Shown one piece after another: positions 44,790-53,306 of a stretch of DNA of 64,000 bases. The translations under genes and the position numbers were made by a program. The DNA lies in NCBI GenBank assembly GCA_045598525.1, contig JAZLMH010000023.1, positions 81,201 to 145,200 on the forward strand. The letters run 5' to 3'. This DNA comes from Bacilli bacterium. GTDB taxonomy: Bacteria > Bacillota_I > Bacilli_A > RFN20 > CAG-826. Position 1 is the first letter of the stretch. Every line of letters begins with the position of its first letter. Below the pieces are notes generated by a model. That model made no database searches and was not told where the DNA came from. It saw only the letters and a list, made by a program, of their open reading frames with translations.

Positions 44790-46582
44790 TGGGCGGAAGA
44801 AGAATGATGGCTTCGAGACAAAAGGTCGACATGAAGAAGAATGTTGGCAGATTAATGAAGTCATTCCGTAAATACTTACCACAAATAATTGTCTCTTTTA
44901 TCTGCGTCTCTGTGTCGGTTGTTATTTCGATCATCGCTCCTCAGTTCTTGAAAGATTTAACAAACGAAATGACTAATGGCGCAGCCGCTGGAAACATCGA
45001 TTTAGATAAGATTGGTGAAATCTCCGTTGTGTTAGTTACCTTCTACGTTTCTAACGCCCTAATGACATTTGCCTCAGGCTTTGTCATGAGCACAATTTCA
45101 CAAAGATATTGTTTTGACTTAAGAAGTGATATTTCTGAAAAGATCAACAATATGAAACTTAAGTACTTTGATGGTCACGCGCATGGCGATACGTTATCAA
45201 TTATCACTAACGATGTCGACCAAATCGGTCAGTCAATGCAGCAAAGCATCACAATGCTATTCCAATCTGTTTTGATGCTTATCGGCGTCTTAATTGCTAT
45301 GTTTATTACAAGCTGGCAGATGGCTCTTGCCGCTCTTGGTTCAATCCCGGTTGTCTTGCTTATCTTAATGTTCATCATGAAGATCGCCATGCCTTTGTTC
45401 GTAAGAAGACAAAAGGAAGTTGGCTACATAAACGGCATCATTGAAGAAAACTTCACTGGCCATATGCTCATTAGAGCTTATAATGCGGAAGCAACCAAAG
45501 GTCTTAAGTTTGATGAAGCAAACGAAAAGCTTCACTGGACAATGTTTAAAGCACAAATTGCTGGCGGCATGATGCAGCCATTATTAGGCTTTGTTTCATA
45601 TTTCTCATATGCCGCAATCTGTTTAGTTGGTGGTTTATTGCTTGCTAATGATGCTGGCGGCATTACCTTTGGCACAATTACCGCTTTCATGATTTATATC
45701 AACCTCTTCCAGAGCCCAATGACTCAAATTGCTCAGTCTATGAACTCGCTTCAAATGGCCGCAGCTTCTGCTGAACGTGTATTTGGTCTTTTGGATGAAG
45801 AAGAACAAGAAGACGAAAGCATGAAAGAAAAGAAACTCGATACAAGAGCTCTTAAAGGTGAGGTCGAATTCAGAAACGTTAAGTTTGGTTATAACGAAGA
45901 CCGCATCATCATTCCAAATTTCACCGCCAAAGTAAAACCTGGTATGAAGGTCGCTATTGTTGGTCCTACGGGCGCTGGGAAGACTACGATCGTCAATCTT
46001 CTTATGAGGTTTTATGAGGTTCTTGACGGTGACATACTAATCGATGGAGTTTCTATTAAAGATATGTCTAGAAACGAAGTAAGAAGCGTCTTCGGTATGG
46101 TTCTTCAGGACACGTGGATGTTTGAAGGAACATTAAGAGATAACATTGTCTTCAACAAAGAAGACGTTTCAGAAGAAGAACTTAACAGGGTTCTCGAAGA
46201 ATCAAACCTCTCCTATCTTGTTTCAACACTCAAAGACGGCGTCGACACAAAACTTACCGAAGAAAGTTCTTTGTCGTCAGGGCAAAAGCAGCTTGTCACA
46301 ATCGCTAGAGCAATGATTGAAAATGCCCCTCTTTTGATTCTTGATGAAGCTACTTCCAATGTTGACACAAGAACGGAAATCGAGATTCAGGAAGCCATGG
46401 ATAAACTTACAAAAGGCAGAACGTCATTCGTAATTGCTCACCGTTTATCTACAATCAGAAACGCTGATATGATTCTTGTTATGAAAGACGGTAACATTAT
46501 TGAAACTGGAAGCCATAATGAGTTGATCGCTCAAGATGGGTTCTATGCTGGTTTATATAATTCTCAGTTCAACATGAACTAA
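44777..46582 (+). CDS. ABC exporter permease/ATPase, canonical half of the heterodimer
   Basis: Walker A GPTGAGKTT, signature LSSGQKQL, Walker B LLILDEATS with the catalytic Glu. Overlaps the upstream half by 13 nt. Confidence 0.9.
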   Translation: MPGMMGGRRMMASRQKVDMKKNVGRLMKSFRKYLPQIIVSFICVSVSVVISIIAPQFLKDLTNEMTNGAAAGNIDLDKIGEISVVLVTFYVSNALMTFASGFVMSTISQRYCFDLRSDISEKINNMKLKYFDGHAHGDTLSIITNDVDQIGQSMQQSITMLFQSVLMLIGVLIAMFITSWQMALAALGSIPVVLLILMFIMKIAMPLFVRRQKEVGYINGIIEENFTGHMLIRAYNAEATKGLKFDEANEKLHWTMFKAQIAGGMMQPLLGFVSYFSYAAICLVGGLLLANDAGGITFGTITAFMIYINLFQSPMTQIAQSMNSLQMAAASAERVFGLLDEEEQEDESMKEKKLDTRALKGEVEFRNVKFGYNEDRIIIPNFTAKVKPGMKVAIVGPTGAGKTTIVNLLMRFYEVLDGDILIDGVSIKDMSRNEVRSVFGMVLQDTWMFEGTLRDNIVFNKEDVSEEELNRVLEESNLSYLVSTLKDGVDTKLTEESSLSSGQKQLVTIARAMIENAPLLILDEATSNVDTRTEIEIQEAMDKLTKGRTSFVIAHRLSTIRNADMILVMKDGNIIETGSHNELIAQDGFYAGLYNSQFNMN

Positions 46583-46595
46583 TCTAAAAGCGCGA

Positions 46596-46637
46596 AAAAC
46601 GTGGGGAAAACACCAACGAAACCCCACGTTTTTATTT
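46596..46637 (+). terminator. Rho-independent terminator after the ABC operon
   Basis: AAACGTGGGG-loop-CCCCACGTTT followed by TTATTTTT. Confidence 0.8.
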
Positions 46638-46747
46638 TTAGAACGAATCAAAAGATGTTCACTATGTGAAATTGGCAAACAAATGTGCATTTTTGTGTGT
46701 TACCCTTAAAAGGCAAGGTATTGCAACAAATTTAGAGGCAGACAGCT

Positions 46748-47698
46748 ATGTATTATGTTGGCGTTGATATCGGTGGCATGTCCATCAAGTGTGCGTTCAT
46801 GAAAGAGAACGGAGAAGTATCAAACAGATTCTTTTTGCCTATCATCAAAGACGAACCACAAGATTCTGCATTATCAAGAGTCGGCAACGCTATTAACGAA
46901 AACATTCTTTCTAGCGTTTCAAAGAAAGAGGACTTCGCTGCCGTGGGCGTCGGCTGCCCTGGCACAATAAACACGATTAGTGGTGTTTGTGAATTCTCTG
47001 GGAACCTCGGATGGGATAAAGCGGCTATCTGTGACATCGTTTCCAAAATCACCGGCCTTCCGGTTAGAGTAACCAATGATGCAAATGCAGCAATGCTTGG
47101 CGAAGCAAAATTTGGTGTTGGAAAAGAATATAACAATCTTGTCCTTTTAACGCTTGGTACGGGCGTTGGAGGCGGTCTTTTCTTGAATGGAAAACTCTTC
47201 GAAGGAAACGAAGGAAAAGGTGCAGAATTAGGCCACGTCATTATCGAGAAGGGCGGACGTCAATGCACTTGTGGATTGAAGGGCTGTCTTGAAACATATG
47301 CTTCAGCAACCGCTTTGATCAAGGAAACAAAGAAAGCAATGTATGCACATAGAGATTCGGCTATGTGGAGATATTGCGAAGCTGACATCGAAAAAGTCAC
47401 AGGAAGAACCGCATTCGATTGTGCAAGAGAAGGCGATGCAACAGCAATCCAAGTTCTTGATGAATATGGAGAATACCTTGCTTTGGGTATTGCTAATTTC
47501 TGCAATATCTTTAGACCAGACGCCGTTATCTTAGGCGGCGGTTTATCAAACGCTGGAAAAGAATTAACTGACCCAGTAGAAAAACACCTTAAAGAAATCC
47601 ATTATGGATTCAAAGGAACACCAGCAGTTAAGATTCTTATCGCCAGCCTTAAAAATGATGCAGGCCTTCTTGGTGCCGCTGCATTATTTCTCGATTAA
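46748..47698 (+). CDS. glk: ROK-family glucokinase
   Basis: YVGVDIGGMSIKCAF, DANAAMLGE, ROK zinc motif GHVIIEKGGRQCTCGLKGCLE. Confidence 0.9.
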   Translation: MYYVGVDIGGMSIKCAFMKENGEVSNRFFLPIIKDEPQDSALSRVGNAINENILSSVSKKEDFAAVGVGCPGTINTISGVCEFSGNLGWDKAAICDIVSKITGLPVRVTNDANAAMLGEAKFGVGKEYNNLVLLTLGTGVGGGLFLNGKLFEGNEGKGAELGHVIIEKGGRQCTCGLKGCLETYASATALIKETKKAMYAHRDSAMWRYCEADIEKVTGRTAFDCAREGDATAIQVLDEYGEYLALGIANFCNIFRPDAVILGGGLSNAGKELTDPVEKHLKEIHYGFKGTPAVKILIASLKNDAGLLGAAALFLD

Positions 47699-47733
47699 TT
47701 AGAACCAAGAAAAACAATATAGGAGGTACTTAG

Positions 47734-49350
47734 ATGTACAGCGAGGAAGCAAAATCCTCGAACCTTGCGAAATTCCTTTGTAATTTCAATAAAGCGTTCT
47801 TGGATACTTGTTCCTTGATGGAAGACTCATTTCCTCAGTTCATGGAGACGCTAGACGGTGGTCGTGAATATTGGAAAGGCGTTACCGAAATTATTGTTCT
47901 TGGAGAATGCTTAGACGAATTAAAGAAGCATTCAAAAAGTGAGGATGTAATTAAACGCATTGGAGCAAAGCGTGCGTTAAAAATCCTAAGACATGATAAA
48001 TGGCATCACAAAGTCATTACCCACACCAAGGCATCTCACAACGATTCCTTTGCAGACAGGGCCATTTATGCAAAAGTCTCTGATTTGAGAATCGCAGAAA
48101 AAATTCTCGTAATCACCCAAGACAAGAAATTAACTAACGACATCAGGGGTCTAAACAAATTAGAATCCCAAAAAGGAAGAATCATCAATGTTTATTTGAT
48201 TAATAAAAATGGTGATTTAGAAGTCAATTATGGCGAGAAGCAAATCGACCATAAGCCATCAAGAAACACCGTTCGTAATAAGGCGAACGAAATCACAAAA
48301 CAAAAGCAAGAGCAGAAGAAAACTGTTCAAGAAAAACAAAAAACCACTGACAAATCCCCAGTGGTCTTAGCAGAAAACGCTCTTTTAGCGAACATTTCTA
48401 ACCCTAATTACCCTGTGGCGAAAAAGCTTGAAGACATTGAAAAACAACTTAGTCTTCTTAAAGCGCTAAAGCCAGCCGAGAGAAAAGGGCTAGAGATTCG
48501 CTTAAACGAAGAAAAACTTCTTCAAGAGAAAAAGCGTCTTCAGCCACCTACTCAGGAAAAACCAAAAGAGCCTAAGAAAAAAGAGGCTGAAAAACAACAA
48601 CCTAAACCATATTACGAATTTGGAAAGACGCCTTCTCAGGCCTTCTCTAAACTTGGCAAACATTTCGGTTGGATGTTTAGAGACCCGTCTATTCCTTTCT
48701 TCAAAGGCGTTCATGGAGAATACGATCTGACTACTGACGATCTTTCGTTAGCAGACGAGAAATTGTCCACTTTAAAAACTGGCGAGAAAAAAGACTTTGC
48801 AGTCAAAAACCTTGTTCTTGTTTTTGAAAAAAAGAATGTAGACTTCTTCGCTTATGTGGGGCCTCAAACAGAGGAAAAACCTAAGCAAAAAGAAGAAAAG
48901 AAACAAGATGCCCCAAAACCAAAGAAAGTTAAAAAAGTTGAAAAAGCTCCAGAAGTTGAAAAGGTGAAAGCTGAGAAAAAACCTAAAGAACCAAAGGAGA
49001 AGAAACCGGCTAAAAAAGAAAAAGAGCAGGCAAAAGAAATTCCTGTCGCTAAAGAAAAACCTCAACCGAAACAGACAAAAAAGAAAGTTGAAACCAAAAA
49101 AGAGGCTGATCAAAAAGCCAAAAAAGAGGTAAAACGTAGTGCTGGATTCGAAGAGGCTGTCAAGTATGACAAGATTCTTAATGCGAATATCAATAACCCA
49201 AATTACCCAAGGGAAAATGTCTTAAAGGACATTGAAGCCCAGGTATACAGGGTTAAACACTTAAAACCAGGTGAAGCAAGAGAATTGCTTCTTGGTTTAA
49301 AAGCTCTCGACACAAAAAGAGCAGAAATACAAAACGAAAACAAACAATAG
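47734..49350 (+). CDS. PIN_4 (PhoH2/YlaK N-terminal type) domain protein without an ATPase, with duplicated NPNYP modules and a Lys/Pro/Glu-rich tract
   Basis: FLDTCSLM, VLGECLDELKK, SFADRAI and ILVITQDKKLTNDIRGL match the four acidic-residue blocks of PhoH2-type PIN domains. AGGAGG SD 35 nt after the glk stop. Confidence 0.65.
   Translation: MYSEEAKSSNLAKFLCNFNKAFLDTCSLMEDSFPQFMETLDGGREYWKGVTEIIVLGECLDELKKHSKSEDVIKRIGAKRALKILRHDKWHHKVITHTKASHNDSFADRAIYAKVSDLRIAEKILVITQDKKLTNDIRGLNKLESQKGRIINVYLINKNGDLEVNYGEKQIDHKPSRNTVRNKANEITKQKQEQKKTVQEKQKTTDKSPVVLAENALLANISNPNYPVAKKLEDIEKQLSLLKALKPAERKGLEIRLNEEKLLQEKKRLQPPTQEKPKEPKKKEAEKQQPKPYYEFGKTPSQAFSKLGKHFGWMFRDPSIPFFKGVHGEYDLTTDDLSLADEKLSTLKTGEKKDFAVKNLVLVFEKKNVDFFAYVGPQTEEKPKQKEEKKQDAPKPKKVKKVEKAPEVEKVKAEKKPKEPKEKKPAKKEKEQAKEIPVAKEKPQPKQTKKKVETKKEADQKAKKEVKRSAGFEEAVKYDKILNANINNPNYPRENVLKDIEAQVYRVKHLKPGEARELLLGLKALDTKRAEIQNENKQ
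48373..48528 (+). repeat. Intragenic module A (aa ~214-265)
   Basis: ANISNPNYPVAKKLEDIEKQLSLLKALKPAERKGLEIRL. About half of ~39 aligned positions are identical to module A' by eye. Confidence 0.7.
49153..49323 (+). repeat. Intragenic module A' (aa ~474-530)
   Basis: ANINNPNYPRENVLKDIEAQVYRVKHLKPGEARELLLGL. Confidence 0.7.
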
Positions 49351-49414
49351 TTGTCTTGAATAGATTCAAGAAGACTAGTAAGATTAATTCGTTTCTCAGA
49401 TAAAGGAGAATTTT

Positions 49415-49873
49415 ATGAAAAAGCATTCAAATTTAGCAGGATTGCTTGGCATTGTTGCACTCTTATTCACAACCATGGCATTCCTCTTCCCTATTGCCCC
49501 TGGCATTCAGGCAGGCGAAATCGACCTTATTCGTGGTTATGACTTCGTCTTCAAAAACCCAGCAGCTCCATTCACAATCGAAGCAACAGCAGGTTTAGTT
49601 TCCATGTTTGTCCTCTTCATTGTTGGCGCTTTCTTCGAACTTCTTGGTGTTGCCCTTGGTTGGTTCGGTGGAAAATTCGGTGGATTCCTTGCTATAGTTG
49701 GTGGCCTTTGTATGGCAGTCGCCGCTGTCTTGGTCTTTGTTTCACCAGCCTATATCGAAGCTCCAAGCTTCGATCTTAGCCTTGCATGGGGATTCATCGC
49801 CACAGGTGCAGCAGCAGCAATTAGCGCAATCATCGAACTCTTTGTTGGTGTTAAAGCTTTCTTAGCAAAATAA
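49415..49873 (+). CDS. Hypothetical small 4-TM membrane protein (Gly/Ala-rich)
   Basis: AAAGGAGA SD, four hydrophobic spans. C-ending codon style like ppdK and gyrA. Own terminator. Confidence 0.65.
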   Translation: MKKHSNLAGLLGIVALLFTTMAFLFPIAPGIQAGEIDLIRGYDFVFKNPAAPFTIEATAGLVSMFVLFIVGAFFELLGVALGWFGGKFGGFLAIVGGLCMAVAAVLVFVSPAYIEAPSFDLSLAWGFIATGAAAAISAIIELFVGVKAFLAK

Positions 49874-49892
49874 TTTAATTAATTATTAATTA

Positions 49893-49917
49893 AGGGTCGG
49901 TTATTCCGACTCTTTTT
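49893..49917 (+). terminator. Rho-independent terminator
   Basis: GGGTCGG-ttatt-CCGACTC (one G.U pair) followed by TTTTTT. Confidence 0.7.
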
Positions 49918-49972
49918 TATTATTTTCGTAATTTTTCTTAAATCTCCTCTATATGTAAATGGAGGTGATTCT

Positions 49973-50380
49973 ATGAATAGAACAATTTATGAAAATACCA
50001 AAATGGGAATAATGTCCTTTCTTTCTGGGTTAATCGAAAGAGCGGTGGATCCTTATGCACAGGAAATTCAAGGAAACTTTAAATTAGATAATTTGAGGAA
50101 AAAACTCGAATCTTGTTTAAAAGAGACAAGCTTATTGATTAATGCCTGGGGTTACTTTGAAGAAAATCCTAATAAAGAAATGCGCATACGTGACATATCG
50201 ACCGTGTGCGCTAGGCGTATGTGTGAGGAGATTAATAAAGAGGTATTCGCTCTCTTTAGAGAGAATTCAAAGGAGATGTTCTTCATGATAGACTTTATGG
50301 CTTTTTCGACACAGATTGCTGAAATGCTAAGCAACGAATTCTTATCAATGGACAACAGAAATAAAAATTTAAAAAATTAG
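49973..50380 (+). CDS. Hypothetical all-helical cytoplasmic protein (135 aa)
   Basis: GGAGGTGA SD. No recognised motif. Its stop codon lies inside CIRCE-1. Confidence 0.55.
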   Translation: MNRTIYENTKMGIMSFLSGLIERAVDPYAQEIQGNFKLDNLRKKLESCLKETSLLINAWGYFEENPNKEMRIRDISTVCARRMCEEINKEVFALFRENSKEMFFMIDFMAFSTQIAEMLSNEFLSMDNRNKNLKN

Positions 50381-50403
50381 CACTTACGTATTGACAGTGC
50401 TAA
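50377..50403 (+). promoter_or_regulatory. CIRCE operator 1 (HrcA binding site)
   Basis: TTAGCACTT-N9-CAGTGCTAA versus consensus TTAGCACTC-N9-GAGTGCTAA. Overlaps the -35. Confidence 0.85.
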
Positions 50404-50418
50404 AAATGGTTGTAATAT
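50391..50418 (+). promoter_or_regulatory. hsp20 sigma-A promoter
   Basis: -35 TTGACA 50391-50396, 16-nt spacer, -10 TAATAT 50413-50418. Confidence 0.6.
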
Positions 50419-50422
50419 TTAG

Positions 50423-50449
50423 TTAGCACTTAGGAACAAAGAGTGCTAA
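50423..50449 (+). promoter_or_regulatory. CIRCE operator 2 (HrcA binding site)
   Basis: TTAGCACTT-N9-GAGTGCTAA, located between the predicted transcription start site (TSS) and the GGAGG SD. Confidence 0.9.
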
Positions 50450-50468
50450 AACATTGGAGGACAATCTT

Positions 50469-50879
50469 ATGACATTTGAACTCAGCAATTACGGCTATGA
50501 CCCATTCTTCGACTTCTTCTTACCAACTGAAAGAAGAACAAATACAGGACTATCCATGAAAACAGACGTTACGGAAGACGAGCACAACTACTATATGGAA
50601 GTTGAGCTAGCGGGCGTTAAGAAAGAAGATATCAACATCACTTTGGAAGACGGGTATTTAACAATTACCGCTAAGCGCGAAAACAAAAACGACCAGCAAA
50701 ACCGCAACGGAAAGTGGATTAGACACGAAAGATATTATGGTTCCGCTAAAAGATCTTTCTATGTTGGATTAGAAGACGAAAAGAATATTTCAGCCAAATT
50801 TGAAGATGGCGTACTAACTCTTAAACTTGCCAAAGAAGAAGAGAAAAAAGAAGTAGTCCGTAAAATCGACATCAAATAA
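50469..50879 (+). CDS. Small heat-shock protein (Hsp20/alpha-crystallin)
   Basis: Alpha-crystallin domain: MKTDVTEDEHNYYMEVELAGVKKEDINITLEDGYLTITAKRE...FEDGVLTLKL. ATG 50469 is 8 nt after the GGAGG. Confidence 0.92.
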   Translation: MTFELSNYGYDPFFDFFLPTERRTNTGLSMKTDVTEDEHNYYMEVELAGVKKEDINITLEDGYLTITAKRENKNDQQNRNGKWIRHERYYGSAKRSFYVGLEDEKNISAKFEDGVLTLKLAKEEEKKEVVRKIDIK

Positions 50880-50882
50880 AGA

Positions 50883-50912
50883 AAAGGCGGGGCATGAACA
50901 ACCCGCCTTTTA
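50883..50912. terminator. Bidirectional terminator between hsp20 and the peptidase gene
   Basis: Perfect 9-bp stem AAAGGCGGG / CCCGCCTTT with a 10-nt loop. Confidence 0.7.
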
Positions 50913-52094
50913 CTTCAGGATTGGAACGATTTCTTCCTGATGACCGGCAACATATATCGGTTGTCGGTTTTTTATATACACGTTTGTTTCGCTTCTCATT
51001 CCGAAGTCAGAAGCATATATTCCAGGTTCAAGTGAGAATGTTACTCCATCAATAATCTCTCTTGTATCATGCGATTCATAGTTATCTATGTTGACTCCCG
51101 GCCCGTGGCATGACACATCCACGGCAATGCTATGTCCTGTTCTATGAATAAAGTATTGGCCATACCCTGCATCTTCTATAATTTTTCTTGAAATGTCATC
51201 AACTTCGTACCCTTGGACACTTCTTTTTTGAAGGTTGTTTTTTAAGAATTCAAAGTCTGCTTCAATCGCCTCTCTGAGGATATTAAACCTTTCTTTGAAT
51301 GCTTCAGGAACGCTTTCGCCAACGAATCCCATCCAAGTGATATCGGAATAGACGCCTTCTGGGTCATTCATCTTTGCCCACATATCTATAAGGACTAAAT
51401 CTCCTTTTTTAATTGGGGAGAAAATCTTTTCCGAAGGTCCATAATGTGGATCAGAGGCATTCTTTCCGATTGCGACAATAGGAGGTTCGTCAGTGAACAT
51501 CCCTTCTTCTTCGTAACGGTTTAGAATAAATTGCTGAATTTCATATTCATTAGTCTCGCCATTCATGAGAATGAGTTCTTTAATTTTTGCGAATGCCTCA
51601 TCTTTTATTTTGAGATTTTTCTTGTTTGCTAATAATTGGAGATCATAAGCCCTTTCGCTATATAAAGCGTTAAACATCTGCAAAATGTTACCGCTGGAAA
51701 CGACTTCGATTCCTAAATCTTTGATAAACTGGACCGAACCATAATCGGCTAGGGAGATGCGAGGCAGAAGTCCGTTCTCAGATATATCCATAAAAACTTT
51801 TTTGAAGTCTTTGAATTCTTCTTTTTCTATATCCAACATCTCTTTCCAAGTGTGATAAATTTTTAAATCAAATTCATTGAGTATCTTTTCTGTTTTTAAG
51901 AAGACTGTATCGATTGAATGGCAAATAATAAAAGGCTTCTTTTCTTTAGGAAAAACCAAGAATATTTTTCTTGTCAGCATCATCTGTCCTAAGAAGCTTA
52001 CAAGCGTCTTATTTTTATTTTCATAATCAACGATAATCCACGCATCTGCTCTTTCGTTTTTGAGCGCGTCTTTAATGATTTTCTTGTGGTTCAT
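50910..52094 (-). CDS. M24-family Xaa-Pro aminopeptidase
   Basis: Pita-bread fold ligand motifs: DMWAK.., HRTGHSI, SLEPGIY, SETNVY. Confidence 0.85.
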   Translation of the reverse strand: MNHKKIIKDALKNERADAWIIVDYENKNKTLVSFLGQMMLTRKIFLVFPKEKKPFIICHSIDTVFLKTEKILNEFDLKIYHTWKEMLDIEKEEFKDFKKVFMDISENGLLPRISLADYGSVQFIKDLGIEVVSSGNILQMFNALYSERAYDLQLLANKKNLKIKDEAFAKIKELILMNGETNEYEIQQFILNRYEEEGMFTDEPPIVAIGKNASDPHYGPSEKIFSPIKKGDLVLIDMWAKMNDPEGVYSDITWMGFVGESVPEAFKERFNILREAIEADFEFLKNNLQKRSVQGYEVDDISRKIIEDAGYGQYFIHRTGHSIAVDVSCHGPGVNIDNYESHDTREIIDGVTFSLEPGIYASDFGMRSETNVYIKNRQPIYVAGHQEEIVPILK

Positions 52095-52109
52095 ATGGTA
52101 AATATACCA
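52095..52109 (-). promoter_or_regulatory. Extended -10 placed for a leaderless transcript
   Basis: Minus strand: TGgTATATT (52109->52101), taccat (6 nt), ATG 52094. No SD. Confidence 0.45.
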
Positions 52110-52154
52110 TTACTGGTCAAAAATGTATAAAATATAGTCACAAAGGAGTGCACT

Positions 52155-53273
52155 ATGCATTACGATTACTTAGTCGTTGGGAGCGGCTTATCAGGCGCCA
52201 CCATCGCCAATTTATTAAAATCCGCCGGGAAGAGTGTTTTAGTTTTGGAAAAACGCGACGTTGTTGGCGGCAACGTTTCAACAGAAGTTAAAGATGGAAT
52301 CATAATCCATTCATATGGTCCACACATTTTTCATACATCGGATGAATTTGCATGGAAGATGTTTAACGATTTCGCAGAAGTCTATCCATTCGTCAATATG
52401 CCAATCGCAAATTGCCATGGCGAGTTCTACCACATGCCTTTCAATATGAATACTTTCCATGAGTTGTGGGGGGTTAACACGGCAGAAGAGGCTCAAGCCA
52501 AAATAGCCGAGGAATCAAAAGAAATAACTGGAGAGCCTCAAAACCTTGAAGAGCAGGCTATCAAACTTGTTGGCAGAACCATCTACGAGAAGCTCATCAA
52601 AGGTTATACAGAAAAGCAGTGGGGAAGAGACTGTAAGGAACTTCCTGCAAGCATTATCAAACGACTTCCTCTTCGTTTTGAATACAATAACAACTACTTT
52701 AATGACACATATCAGGGCCTTCCGAAAGGAGGCTACTCCGTTTGGATTGAAAACCTCCTTAAAGACATTCCGATAAAAACTGGTGTTGATTATTTTGAAA
52801 AGAAAAGCGAATGGGACGCAATCGCAGATCACATCATTTACACAGGCCGCTTAGATGAATATTTCGACTTCAAATTAGGAAGACTTGAATACAGGTCTCT
52901 TCGTTTCGATAATCAGTGGTTTGAAATGGACCGCTATCAAAATAACCCGGTTATCAACTTTACCACTCATGATCAGCCATATACTCGCTGCGCTGAGCAT
53001 AAGGCATTTGACCCTTATTGTGAAAATCACCATTCAACGCTCGCAACCTTTGAATACCCTGACACATTCGAAGAAGGAAAGATTCCTTATTACCCAATTA
53101 ATGATGAGAGAAATAATTCATTAGCAGAGGCGTATAGAAAACTTTCAGCAGAGCTTGAACCAACAACGTTCTTCTTGGGAAGACTTGCCGGTTATAAATA
53201 TTACGACATGGATGATAGCATCCTTGCCGCAAAGGAGTTGTTTGACAAACTTGTTACCTTAGGCATCGCCTAA
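52155..53273 (+). CDS. glf: UDP-galactopyranose mutase
   Basis: YDYLVVGSGLSGATIA FAD motif, GPHIFHT, YTEKQWG, and the family-typical RLAGYKYYDMD C-terminus. Confidence 0.93.
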   Translation: MHYDYLVVGSGLSGATIANLLKSAGKSVLVLEKRDVVGGNVSTEVKDGIIIHSYGPHIFHTSDEFAWKMFNDFAEVYPFVNMPIANCHGEFYHMPFNMNTFHELWGVNTAEEAQAKIAEESKEITGEPQNLEEQAIKLVGRTIYEKLIKGYTEKQWGRDCKELPASIIKRLPLRFEYNNNYFNDTYQGLPKGGYSVWIENLLKDIPIKTGVDYFEKKSEWDAIADHIIYTGRLDEYFDFKLGRLEYRSLRFDNQWFEMDRYQNNPVINFTTHDQPYTRCAEHKAFDPYCENHHSTLATFEYPDTFEEGKIPYYPINDERNNSLAEAYRKLSAELEPTTFFLGRLAGYKYYDMDDSILAAKELFDKLVTLGIA

Positions 53274-53306
53274 AAATAAAGCCACTAAATTTAGGAGGAA
53301 AATTAA

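Noticed and set aside
46640-46747. A possible CcpA cre site (TGTGAAATTGGCAAACA) upstream of glk.
   Set aside because: It lacks the central CG and the dyad symmetry of the cre consensus TGWAANCGNTNWCA.
46753-47241. A 162-aa minus-strand ORF.
   Set aside because: Antisense to the ROK glucokinase gene. Pro/Ser-rich shadow frame with no start context.
48772-49113. A 113-aa minus-strand ORF made almost entirely of Phe and Leu.
   Set aside because: It is the complement of the AAR/GAR-rich Lys/Glu tract of the PIN-domain gene, so it is a composition artefact.
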